Below, in pieces: positions 50,065 to 59,133 of a DNA stretch of 64,000 nucleotides. The stretch's first letter is position 1; each line of letters opens with the position of its first letter. Made by a program: the position numbers and the translations under genes. Under the pieces are notes generated by a model. That model was given only the letters and a program-made list of their open reading frames with translations. It made no database searches and was not told the DNA's origin. Source of the stretch: an uncultured bacterium (GTDB lineage Bacteria > Chloroflexota > UBA5177 > JANWHV01); contig CAVSOU010000010.1 in the NCBI GenBank assembly GCA_963729625.1, forward strand, positions 352,001 through 416,000. Reading direction: 5' to 3'.

Positions 50065-53000
50065 CTAGCCAGGAACTCCGGAGCCGGTGACCTGGCTCTC
50101 GTTCACGAGCAGGAGCGGGTCGAAAGCAACATTGTTGATTCTCATCTCGAAATGGACGTGCGGTCCGGTGGCCCAACCCGTGGCGCCCTCGTATCCGAGG
50201 ATTTGCCCCTGACTTACGACTTCGCCGACGCGCACTTGCAGGTCGTGCGCGCCAAGCTGCATGTGACCGTAGATCGTCACCGTATGGGAGTTGTGCATGA
50301 TAACCACGCAGTTCCCATAACTTTGCGTTGGCTGCCCCGGCACGGCCAGACCGGCATGAACGACAATCCCGCCAGCCGCGGCATGCACCGGCGTGCCGTC
50401 GGGCGCGGCAATGTCCAGGCCGGTGTGGTAGGACTGGAAGGGAGTTACGCCGCCAAACAGCGTCGTGATCACGCCGGTGACCGGAGGTAGGTACCCGGTC
50501 ACGTTTTCCATCACCCCGGCATCGATCAACTGCTGCTGCGTGAACTTGCCGTATCCGTTCGCTGCCAGGTCGTTGTCGAGCATGAACGATGCAGGCGCGG
50601 TCGAGAACGATATCGGCAGCGTAACCCATCCCGGTAGCGGGGGAAGTGGAAGAGGCAAGGGTTCCGTCGCGGGCTCCGGGCCCGGCGCCGGCACGGCCAG
50701 CGGCCGCTTTCCCGGGGTTGGAACTGGCGGAGTCGACGTGGGCGCCGCACGCGTGGAGGTTGGACGAGGCAGCGTTGGCGTAACTGTTGCGCTCGCCGTA
50801 CTCGTCGCGGACGCTGTGGCCGGCGCCGTCGGGCTGTCTGTGGCACTCTGAGTTGCCGTATCGCTGGCTAGGGCAATCGGCGTTGGCGTATTGCTCGCCG
50901 TGGCACTGGGCAGTGGCGTGCTGGTGGCCGTGGCACTGGGCAGTGGCGTGCTGGCGGCCGTGGCACTGGGCAATGGCGTGCTGGTGGCCGTGGCACTGGG
51001 CAATGGCGTGCTGGTGGCCGTGGCACTGGGCAATGGCGTGCTGGTGGCCGTGGCAACAACCAGTGCCGTGCCGCTGGCAGTTGCAGCGAGCGTGGCCGTA
51101 TAGATGGTCGTGGCAGTTTGCGTGGCGGTACTGCTGGCGGTGTCCGTAGCAGTGGGTGTGAAAGTCGAATCCGGCGTGTCGGTAGCAGACGGCGCCGGCT
51201 CGCCAACAGCAGTCGCGGTGTCGCTCGAACTGCCGTCGACGGGAAGAACCGCTGTAACCGAAGGGGAGTCGGTCGGATAGGGATCCGGGTCCGGCATCGA
51301 CGTCGCATCCGGCGGAGTTTGAACCGTCGTCGGCGAGTCCTGCGGCACGTCGCCTGTCGTTGGATCTTGCGCCGGTTCGGAGGTAGTGGTCGGCACCGGA
51401 GTGATCGCGGGCGTCGCTGTCACCGGTGTCATCGAGACGGTCGGACTGTTCGACTCCTCGGTGACAGGCGGAACGTCGTTCGTTGACCATGGAGTGGGCT
51501 GCGTCGGCGACAGGGCGGGTGCATATGGAGAGGTGGGAGTGCTCGTGACGGTGCCCTGAACGGGTGTGGCGTCACCATTGACTTGTCCGGGCTGGTCAAG
51601 CGTCACGAGGACGGAAGGGTCAGGATCGAGCCTGCCACCTGCACCTTCCATTGACACGTATTCGGCGCGATAAGGGCCATGGCCGGAGACCGGTGGCGAG
51701 ATAGGGTCATATGCGAGAGGAATCATCGTCGCGCTGCGCGACGGCTCCGCGCTGCTCGCAGGCGCAGGAGTGAGCCTTACCCTGTGAACAATATCGGCGG
51801 TCGGCACTGGGTGGAACGACTCGGGCGTGGCGCGCATCGTTGCCGTCGACGTGGGCCGTTGTACGCCGGTCCGTGTCTGACCGGATACCGCGGTACCTGT
51901 TGCCGTGACTGTCGGGGGCGCAACACCATGCTTGACAAAGTAATCCCAGGCGGATTTACGTGCCTTCCAGGCCGTCAGCTTTCCCTGGTAGGTGGTCCAT
52001 GCAGCCGTCCTGTCCCACCAGGCTTGTTCAATAATAGAATTGCGGCTGACTGCCGCGGACAATGCCGTATTGTAGACTGCAAGCCGTGAATCGTACAACG
52101 GCTTGATAGCGCTGTACACGGCATTGCCGCGCTGAAGAATGTCGCCGAGCCGCGTGAGCAGCCCGTGCTCGCGTTGTAGGCCGTCCCGAATCGTCGAGTC
52201 GCCAAGCAGTCCGCGAACCGTTGCCTGTGCTGTGAGTGTCGTGGTCGTCGAAATAGGAACGACGAGTTCGAAGGTGCCGTCGCCGTTGGCCGCAAGTGCA
52301 AGCGTCGCAGACGCTGTGATCGGCGCCACCGGCGGTGATGCCAAAACCTGATAGGCGCTTAACTTCCCGCCTTGCTGCGATCCGCCGTAACTGGAAGCAG
52401 TACCGACAGTCAGAAGCGTTGTGCCGCCGGACATCGGCGCGGTCTGCGTGTAGGTCCAGGTAACGGAGAGCAGACCCGCCAGGCTTGATGACGCTGCCGT
52501 GGGCGTGCCCACGGCGCCGGTGCCGGAAGCAGGCAGGGCGTAGCTGCCAAGAGTTGCCAGCATGCTGCTCATTCCGGTAATCGGCTGGGATGCCAGCACA
52601 TTCACGGAGGACAGCCGCGGAGGCACTGCGATCTTGTTGACGAGAGCGGGCAGCGCCAGAGACACGTGCACGATCGCGTCAATTACGACCGGGCCATGCG
52701 CAGGATGTTGCGCCGGCGGGACGGTAGTCGTGATTGCCTCGTCACCGTCAGGAGCAGGCACGACTTGAGGCGCAACTGCACTGATCGGCACCGTCAATCC
52801 CTCGAGCTCGATCTGACGGGGCGGACCGAAATCCGCAGCCGCGCCGAGCTTGGCGAATGCCGGTGGCGGCGCGGCGCCGCCAGGCAAGATCGACAGTGCG
52901 CCGACCGTTCCCACAGCTGTAGCCGAGTGGGCCGCGGCAGCCTCGGCACGGGAGGGTGGAGCGATTCGCAGCGAGGATGCCTCCAGCAGGGATTCTCGCC

Positions 53001-53451
53001 AGGCGATCGTTCCCGGCCGACTCGCTTCCAGAGGCTGATATGGAATCTGAGGCGCTGGGAGTGCAAGGTGCGGGCCTAACAAGACGCCCGGCGCTGTGCT
53101 TCGGTCGGCTGTTTCCGTCGCGGTCGGAGACGCTTCCGCGGCAATTGCGAGTTCCTGCTCGAAGTCGCCAAACAGCTGTGCTTGGCGCGTCAGAGAGGGC
53201 TGCAAAGCCCCAAGTACATCGCGCGCGACAGCAGCGCCGACAATGCCGTCCGCGACGTTGAGGTCAGACAGAGTCGACGTACGTTGGCTAACAAGGTCGG
53301 TGAGCTGTGAGGCGAGTGCGTCGAAACTCGACGGCACCGCGCTCGCCGGATATGGCGCAATCGACTGGCAAATCAGCGCGCACACGAGCGCCAGAACCGA
53401 GATAGCAGGGGGACGCGCGGAACCTCGTGACGCACAGGTCAGTATCACCAT
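50065..53451 (-). CDS. Large secreted M23 metallopeptidase with long Pro/Thr/Ala-rich stalk
   Basis: Signal-peptide-like N-terminus; C-terminal HTGLD, YGN.V.I.H, YGHM and G.TG..TGPHVHFE. Confidence 0.9.
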   Translation of the reverse strand: MVILTCASRGSARPPAISVLALVCALICQSIAPYPASAVPSSFDALASQLTDLVSQRTSTLSDLNVADGIVGAAVARDVLGALQPSLTRQAQLFGDFEQELAIAAEASPTATETADRSTAPGVLLGPHLALPAPQIPYQPLEASRPGTIAWRESLLEASSLRIAPPSRAEAAAAHSATAVGTVGALSILPGGAAPPPAFAKLGAAADFGPPRQIELEGLTVPISAVAPQVVPAPDGDEAITTTVPPAQHPAHGPVVIDAIVHVSLALPALVNKIAVPPRLSSVNVLASQPITGMSSMLATLGSYALPASGTGAVGTPTAASSSLAGLLSVTWTYTQTAPMSGGTTLLTVGTASSYGGSQQGGKLSAYQVLASPPVAPITASATLALAANGDGTFELVVPISTTTTLTAQATVRGLLGDSTIRDGLQREHGLLTRLGDILQRGNAVYSAIKPLYDSRLAVYNTALSAAVSRNSIIEQAWWDRTAAWTTYQGKLTAWKARKSAWDYFVKHGVAPPTVTATGTAVSGQTRTGVQRPTSTATMRATPESFHPVPTADIVHRVRLTPAPASSAEPSRSATMIPLAYDPISPPVSGHGPYRAEYVSMEGAGGRLDPDPSVLVTLDQPGQVNGDATPVQGTVTSTPTSPYAPALSPTQPTPWSTNDVPPVTEESNSPTVSMTPVTATPAITPVPTTTSEPAQDPTTGDVPQDSPTTVQTPPDATSMPDPDPYPTDSPSVTAVLPVDGSSSDTATAVGEPAPSATDTPDSTFTPTATDTASSTATQTATTIYTATLAATASGTALVVATATSTPLPSATATSTPLPSATATSTPLPSATAASTPLPSATATSTPLPSATASNTPTPIALASDTATQSATDSPTAPATASATSTASATVTPTLPRPTSTRAAPTSTPPVPTPGKRPLAVPAPGPEPATEPLPLPLPPLPGWVTLPISFSTAPASFMLDNDLAANGYGKFTQQQLIDAGVMENVTGYLPPVTGVITTLFGGVTPFQSYHTGLDIAAPDGTPVHAAAGGIVVHAGLAVPGQPTQSYGNCVVIMHNSHTVTIYGHMQLGAHDLQVRVGEVVSQGQILGYEGATGWATGPHVHFEMRINNVAFDPLLLVNESQVTGSGVPG
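50897..51055. repeat. 30-bp tandem repeat, about 5.3 copies (encodes ATATSTPLPS)
   Basis: Unit GCCGTGGCACTGGGCA(A/G)TGGCGTGCTGGTG, near-identical copies, no spacers. Confidence 0.95.
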
Positions 53452-53529
53452 GGGTAACCGGCCCAGTCATGCACGCGACGCGAACTCACAACGAGTGGAA
53501 TCAGACCGAACAATGACGTCCGAGTCAAT

Positions 53530-54255
53530 CTAGCCAACGCGGAATGCAGTCTGTCCTTCCAGGCGCTTGTTTCTATAGAATAGCACTCGGTAGTTGCCTG
53601 AGGGCAAGGGCTTCGCGCCGTGTTGGTAGTCAGCCCATGCCTTGAACGATTGAACAGGAAGGTATGTATGTTTTCCCATGGTGTGACCCGCAACGACGGT
53701 GATGTCGTCATGGGGAAGGGTGACACCGTTGCGTTGGAACACAAACCTCAGAACATCAGTTGCATGAACATTCTTGATCTTTGCAACCACCCAAAGTCGC
53801 AGTGCTGGTGAAACAAAGCGATTGGACTTTTCGACTGGAGTCTCTCCCTTGACACTGCGCGCGATGACAAGACTGACCGCACTTGTAGCCGTTGGTCTCG
53901 GTGTGGTTCTCTTGATAACAGGGGTTGACGTCGGCACTGCGGTCAGGGTTGGCTGCGCAGAGCCTACCGCCATCATGGACCCAATTCCTGCCTGGGTGGC
54001 CGTCGGCAACGGTACGGAAGCTAGTATTCTATGGTGAGTCGGCTCGGGAGATCGAGTTGCGGTCACGGGCGCCTTCGCGACAGGCGATGCAGCGCTACCA
54101 TGACTTGTCAGAAGGAGCAGGTGCGCCACGAGCCAGCACAGAGCGATAAGCAGAGCAAGACAACCGGTTGCAAACACGAAGAACGGAACGTAGGATTTCA
54201 AGGGAGGCCGCCGGCGTCGCCGCCTGGCGGACTGCTCTAGCGCACTGTCCACCAA
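53530..54255 (-). CDS. Membrane-anchored protein with Pro/Thr linker and beta-rich C-terminal domain
   Basis: Arg-rich N-terminus, TM helix, P/T-rich spacer and LPSGNYRV.F Ig-like strand pattern; ggaggg RBS. Confidence 0.7.
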   Translation of the reverse strand: MVDSALEQSARRRRRRPPLKSYVPFFVFATGCLALLIALCWLVAHLLLLTSHGSAASPVAKAPVTATRSPEPTHHRILASVPLPTATQAGIGSMMAVGSAQPTLTAVPTSTPVIKRTTPRPTATSAVSLVIARSVKGETPVEKSNRFVSPALRLWVVAKIKNVHATDVLRFVFQRNGVTLPHDDITVVAGHTMGKHTYLPVQSFKAWADYQHGAKPLPSGNYRVLFYRNKRLEGQTAFRVG

Positions 54256-54602
54256 CTGTGAGACCCTCCATCCTTACTCGTATCATGAACGGCGGTGATA
54301 CCGTTCATGGCTTGGATCCAACACAGCGCACGGGCCCAAATCGTGTTACAGCACATTTCCATCGCAATTGCAGTCGAGCTGTCTGCCAAACATCTACTTG
54401 AGCAGCGAACACAAAGCCGGCCGGGATAATAACTGCCCACTCGTTCGACCCGCAGCTCTTTGATGCACGTTTCGAGCTCAAGGTGCAGTGCGCCATACTG
54501 CCCGAGTTTACCGCATTCGAATCCCGGAGCCACGACCAAGGTGGATAACATGCACTGTGGAGACCTATCGGCGCCAGGCAATACGCTCGGCGCAAGGAGG
54601 AC

Positions 54603-55508
54603 ATGGGTCGCATGGTTGTAGCGATGGCGGTTGACAAGCGAAACACGAAGCTGGTGGCAGGGACACTTGCTCTCGTTGCTGGCGTCGTATGCCTCCGGTA
54701 CCTGTCTCAATGGAGGAACTCCACGTGGCAGCCCTGGGCAACGGCAGCTGCAGCCGTCGCCTGCATCATTTTTGGTGTCGCTATTATCCGAACGTTTGTC
54801 GCCGTGATTGCCGAGCGCTCAGTAGACTACCTTGGCGTGGCGCGCGTGCAGTCCGCGCGCTCGGTTGTAAGCGGGCTGCTGTACCTCGTTCTGGGCCTGA
54901 CCGTAGCAGTGCAGGCCGAAATAGACCTGAGTGGTATCGCATTGAGCGGGGCGGTTACCGGGGTGATCATTGGCGTTGCCGCGCAGGCATCGATCGCGAA
55001 CGTCGTGGCCGGCATTGTCATTCTCTTCGCGCGTCCGTTCCGGCCGGGCCAGTACGTGACGGTGCGTGCGTTAGCCTTCGCCGGAAACGAGTACAGCGGT
55101 GTGGTAGGCGAGATAACGCTGTTCTACACGACCCTGTTGTACGTGGAACGCGAGATCAGGGTGCCGAACAGCGCGATGGTTACGAGCGTGGTAACGTTGC
55201 GGCCACAGCTCCTTGACGTGTATGTGCCGGTAATTGTGCCTGCCGGTCAGTGGGGTGACATGTCGACGGCCGACGTCACGACCGCGCTTGAGGCTAGCGT
55301 TCCGGCCGGCAGCGCAGTGCTGGTGCAGGTGGAGAGAATCGAAGCAGGCAATGTGCAGGTCGGCGTGCGCGCATCGGTGGCCAGCGCCGAAGAGCGAGCC
55401 AAGTTGGAGCAGGCGGTCGTCGACGCGACACGCGGCCGTATGTCTCAGCCCGTCGCCGCGCCGGAGGGTGCTCCGCTAGAGCGCACCGGCCCTTCAGAGC
55501 CGCAATAG
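54603..55508 (+). CDS. mscS: Small-conductance mechanosensitive channel
   Basis: GVAAQ..IAN..AG..I...RPF..G..V, G.V.EI.L.YT and VPNS. Confidence 0.92.
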   Translation: MGRMVVAMAVDKRNTKLVAGTLALVAGVVCLRYLSQWRNSTWQPWATAAAAVACIIFGVAIIRTFVAVIAERSVDYLGVARVQSARSVVSGLLYLVLGLTVAVQAEIDLSGIALSGAVTGVIIGVAAQASIANVVAGIVILFARPFRPGQYVTVRALAFAGNEYSGVVGEITLFYTTLLYVEREIRVPNSAMVTSVVTLRPQLLDVYVPVIVPAGQWGDMSTADVTTALEASVPAGSAVLVQVERIEAGNVQVGVRASVASAEERAKLEQAVVDATRGRMSQPVAAPEGAPLERTGPSEPQ

Positions 55509-55513
55509 CGCGG

Positions 55514-55543
55514 TTGCAGCGGTTCCAAACGCAATGCTATACT
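55514..55543 (+). promoter_or_regulatory. Promoter of the tRNA pair
   Basis: TTGCAG-N18-TATACT with extended -10 TG. Confidence 0.65.
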
Positions 55544-55554
55544 CCTGAAAGCAG

Positions 55555-55628
55555 GCGCTCGTAGCTCATCAGGACAGAGCAGGGACCTTCTAAGTCCAAG
55601 GTTGTGGGTTCGAATCCCACCGAGCGCA
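55555..55628 (+). tRNA. tRNA-Arg(UCU)
   Basis: Acceptor stem GCGCTCG/CGAGCGC, anticodon loop CTTCTAA, T-arm GGTTCGAATCC; CCA not encoded. Confidence 0.96.
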
Positions 55629-55639
55629 CTTCGCATTAT

Positions 55640-55713
55640 GGTGACCGTAGCTCAATTGGCAGAGCACTGGATTGTGGCTCCAGTGGTTGTGGGTTCAAGC
55701 CCCATCGGTCACC
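55640..55713 (+). tRNA. tRNA-His(GUG)
   Basis: G-1, acceptor GTGACCG/CGGTCAC, C73, anticodon loop TTGTGGC, T-arm GGTTCAAGCCC. Confidence 0.96.
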
Positions 55714-57290
55714 CTTTGTATACATAGGCCTTCCTCGGGCAATATAGGCCATAAATCCTCCTTAAGGTGCACGATCATTCGGGTCGGCTCGTCGAGGTCG
55801 CAGTACAGGGCTTCCACGGCATCGGTGGCGATTTCGCGGCGTTCCTCAGTCGTGGCGCGCTGCCACATGGCCTGCAGGTTGGCCAGGAAGGTCGTCGCCT
55901 TTTCGACGTCGCCGCGCTCTGACTCGGTTGCCAGGGAGGCGCGCTCGTCTTCCAGCCTTGCCCGCTCGGTGCGGTACTCTGTGGCGTCCAGCACGCCGTC
56001 AATCACCAGGCCCTTGAGACGGGCAAGCTTGCGGTCGATTGCGGCCCGCTCTGCCGCCAGCACCGCCGCTCGATCCACCCTGCGGGTAAGGTCCAGCTCC
56101 GCTTGCCGGCGCCAGTCCTCGGGCAAGTGCAAGGCGCTGATCGCCTCGCCCAGAGCCGTGTCTACCAGGGCAGCGTCAACAGACTTCTTGACCGCGGCAC
56201 ACGAACCGCCGCGGTTGGCCACGTTACAGCGGTAGTGTGCCTTGCGGTTCTTCGCCGCTTGGCCACAGAGCCGATGGCCACAGACACGACAGCGAGCAAT
56301 GCCGCGCGCCAGACACGGCGCATGCGGGCTCGTGGTCACCGGCCCGCGACGCCCGGCTCCGCGCTCGTTCACACCCGCGCGCGATCGTCGCACCACCTGT
56401 ACATGCTCGAAGAAGTCAGGGTCAATGATCGCTTCGTGCAAGCCGCGTACCCACTGGCCTTCGCGGAGGCGAACGGCCCAGTTGCCACCTTCGGCCAGTG
56501 GTTGCACGACCAGCCCTGTGTAGAAGCGATTTGTCAGCAGGTGCCGCATGCTGTCCTTGTTGAAGCGGCCGGCATCGCCCTGACGTTTGCTCCGCATCTG
56601 GTAGCCGCGATCGTTCAGCATGCGGGCGATTTGGGCGTCTCCCCACTGCCCGGAGGCGCACAACTCAAAGGCAGCTTTGACAGCCGCCGCTTCCTCGGGC
56701 ACAACCAGAGCGACGGCCTTGTTGTTGGCGTGCGGCACATCTGCCACCTTGGACAGCAAATAGCCGAAGGGGAGATCGCCGTTCGGCAAGCCGGCCGCGG
56801 CCCGTGCCCGTTTGCCCTTAGCGGTTTCTTCGCTCAGATTGTCGAGATAGATTTCTGCCAGGGCTGCCATAACCGCCAGCACGATCTTCCCGCTCACTGG
56901 GTTGGTAGTGTCGATGGGTTGCTGTGTACACACAAGCCCGGCGCCCATGTCCTCAAGTTCGCGAACGTAGGTGAACGTTTTCGCCATGTCACGGAAGAAC
57001 CGATCCAGCTTGTGTACTACAAGCACGTTGGCTCTGCCCTCGCGAATCAGACTCATGGCGCGCTCCAGGCCGGGCCGTTCGCCGGTGGCACCGCTGATCG
57101 CCTCGTCGGTACATATCTCGTCCAGCGCCGTCCAGCCCATTCGCTCACAGTAGGCGCGCAAGTCGGATACTTGCGCGTCAATGCTCCAGCCATCCGCCTG
57201 CAGGGTGCTGGAGTACCGCGCATAGAGCACGGCTCGTCGCGCCACAGTCGGCATGTAGGTGATGCGTCTTCGCCTTGCTGCCATCGTCAT
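55695..57290 (-). CDS. Large serine recombinase (integrase)
   Basis: YARYSS catalytic Ser, SG...RPGL, KLDRFFR, recombinase domain (PFGY, LTNRFYTG, HEAII), Zn ribbon CRVC..C..C and coiled coil. Confidence 0.95.
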   Translation of the reverse strand: MTMAARRRRITYMPTVARRAVLYARYSSTLQADGWSIDAQVSDLRAYCERMGWTALDEICTDEAISGATGERPGLERAMSLIREGRANVLVVHKLDRFFRDMAKTFTYVRELEDMGAGLVCTQQPIDTTNPVSGKIVLAVMAALAEIYLDNLSEETAKGKRARAAAGLPNGDLPFGYLLSKVADVPHANNKAVALVVPEEAAAVKAAFELCASGQWGDAQIARMLNDRGYQMRSKRQGDAGRFNKDSMRHLLTNRFYTGLVVQPLAEGGNWAVRLREGQWVRGLHEAIIDPDFFEHVQVVRRSRAGVNERGAGRRGPVTTSPHAPCLARGIARCRVCGHRLCGQAAKNRKAHYRCNVANRGGSCAAVKKSVDAALVDTALGEAISALHLPEDWRRQAELDLTRRVDRAAVLAAERAAIDRKLARLKGLVIDGVLDATEYRTERARLEDERASLATESERGDVEKATTFLANLQAMWQRATTEERREIATDAVEALYCDLDEPTRMIVHLKEDLWPILPEEGLCIQRVTDGA

Positions 57291-57523
57291 TCCCCCTTCG
57301 GCGCCTGATAGTCCGTCGGCAATGGCGCGATCACGCCGCGGCTCCGGTGCATCAGATAGCGGTGCAGCTTGCGGCGGGTGGTGAACCAATCGCGCGCCGG
57401 GCGCGTAGCCGCAAGCCGGCCCTGCCGCGCCGCGACTTTCAGCGTGTCCGCGGTCAATCCTGCCAACTCGGCCGCTCGCTTCAAAGTAATCAGTTCGTTC
57501 GGTCCCTCGAGCCGCCTGTTCAT
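57287..57523 (-). CDS. Excisionase-like (HTH_17/MerR-type) DNA-binding protein
   Basis: 78 aa; LITLKRAAELAGLTADTL....RQGRL.A.R..RDW; RBS ggagga; ATGA coupling to the recombinase. Confidence 0.85.
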   Translation of the reverse strand: MNRRLEGPNELITLKRAAELAGLTADTLKVAARQGRLAATRPARDWFTTRRKLHRYLMHRSRGVIAPLPTDYQAPKGE

Positions 57524-57594
57524 GCTTTCCTCCGGCCGGGTTAGCTGCCGGCCCTGCAGCCTGTCTGGCGCTCCCGATTGCTCACTCTGCACTC

Positions 57595-57623
57595 ATTATA
57601 ATCCTCTAAAGGGGTAATAACAA
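57595..57623 (-). promoter_or_regulatory. Promoter of the HTH-recombinase operon
   Basis: Minus strand TTGTTA-N17-TATAAT in an AT-rich patch. Confidence 0.6.
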
Positions 57624-58210
57624 TAGGCTAGAACGGTTAAGTATCGGACGATTAACTAGACTTAGGCGCGCTATTCCAGACACTCTCGCGGGCCAATGGC
57701 CGGCGCCAGAATGCCCCGGAAGGCCCCTAGAATGGACCAGGACGAACGATAGCCGGGCTCTCGGGTATATTGCGCGGCAACACTCAGAGCTATTGCGTTC
57801 TGGAGGGAATCAGACTAGGCTGGTGCCGAAGGAGTGAGCCCACGCTACCTGAAGGATTTTCTGGCGGTCGGGATCTGATTTCATTGCGTAGGCATGCATC
57901 AACTTCCCCTGCACCTGCGTGCCTTACTAGCTGATCATGCCGGTATCGAGGCGAAGATCGAGGTTCCAGTCGACTGGACGGATCCGGTACTCGACGTAGC
58001 TGAATCGACGCCGGGACTGAGGCGACACGTACCTGTCACGAGGGAGTAACACCGATGAATAGCGCTGCCAGTATCTGGCTACTCGCGAGGCACATACGAG
58101 TACTCCCTGCTGGCGCCAGACGCTTCTGGCCGCCCCATAGGAGCGTGGTGCCCTCCGCTCTCCCTATCCTTGTACACACAATGACGCGGTGAGGAGGGAA
58201 GGTTGTAAGA

Positions 58211-58855
58211 ATGGATGGCCTCCAAGAAGGCTGGGATGATTGTCAGGTCTGTGGCAAGGAGACTATCTTTCGCCGACATGGCATTGACCCCTGGTTCTGC
58301 ACCATATGTGGCACTCGTGATCCCGAGAATACATTCAGGGCCGTGCGCTCTTTCGACAGCTTGGCGTTAGGAGTGCCGGCTCCCGATCCTTTCCCTCCGC
58401 GGCCGCGCAAGGCACGTGCATTTTTCATCGCACCTGTCTTGGCGGTTGCGGTGCTCGGTGCTGTCGCTGGCTGGCTTGTCATGAACCGCGCAACTGGGCC
58501 GAACGTCCCCGGAGTTGGTGCCGGCGTGCATGTTTGCACAGTCTCGCACTACGTCGAGAGCGGCGTCTACTGCCAGCAGGCCGATCCAATCGTCAGCCTT
58601 GACGATGGGTACGTATCGTTTACAGGTCCGCATGGCAACAACTTCCCAGCGACCACCCTGCAATTCGTGCTCCGAAAGGCGAACGCTGATGGCACCGAAC
58701 AGACGGTTGGTCAGACCCGTTCAACAGTGTCGCTCGCGACCAATATCATGGCGATGGACCTCAAATCACTGTTTAGCAACTTCAATGTGACGCCCACACA
58801 AGGTGCTTCCTTTGGCCTCGAGGTCGACAGCCAGGCCATGATCTGCTCCTTATAG
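58211..58855 (+). CDS. Zinc-ribbon + TM membrane protein, C-terminus truncated at the IS21 remnant
   Basis: CQVC..CTIC, one TM helix, beta-rich extracellular part; last codons derive from the istA antisense strand. Confidence 0.7.
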   Translation: MDGLQEGWDDCQVCGKETIFRRHGIDPWFCTICGTRDPENTFRAVRSFDSLALGVPAPDPFPPRPRKARAFFIAPVLAVAVLGAVAGWLVMNRATGPNVPGVGAGVHVCTVSHYVESGVYCQQADPIVSLDDGYVSFTGPHGNNFPATTLQFVLRKANADGTEQTVGQTRSTVSLATNIMAMDLKSLFSNFNVTPTQGASFGLEVDSQAMICSL

Positions 58856-59022
58856 GGATCCAGCTTCGACCGCCGCCGCGGCCGTGCTGCTGGGGACGGC
58901 GCACCACGCAGGTACTTGCGTACCGTGTTGCGCGAATGTTGGAGTTCCCTGGCAATCGCCCGGATCGGTTTCCCTTCCGTGGCCAGTCCCAGTATCTTGT
59001 TCACGGTCCCACTCCTTAGCAA
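58828..59022 (-). pseudogene. istA: Truncated IS21 transposase (about 65 codons, HTH only)
   Basis: IRAIARELQHSRNTVRKYLR and RRSKLDPYKEQI..WL; no DDE domain or istB. Confidence 0.88.
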
Positions 59023-59133
59023 GATTCCATCACCCTTCTCACCTGGTTCTTTGTGGAGATAAGGGTCATGGTTGGTTCAGGGGTGGGTCAACTCTTTCGG
59101 CGATCCAGGGTCAAGTCTACGCCGGCGCGGGCA
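58828..59133 (-). mobile_element. IS21-family remnant (left end plus 5' istA)
   Basis: Starts 5'-TG at 59133 with two repeats CGCCG..AGA(C/G)TTGACCC, followed by an IstA-like N-terminus; rest missing. Confidence 0.85.

Noticed and set aside
50897-51055. 30-bp repeats as a CRISPR array
   Set aside because: Head-to-tail with no spacers, in frame within a CDS, and no cas genes
49949-51490. 513-aa ORF with CHGHQHAIAQ His/Cys repeats resembling a metal-binding protein
   Set aside because: It is an alternative frame of the M23 gene's 30-bp Thr/Pro repeat; the M23 frame carries the real motifs
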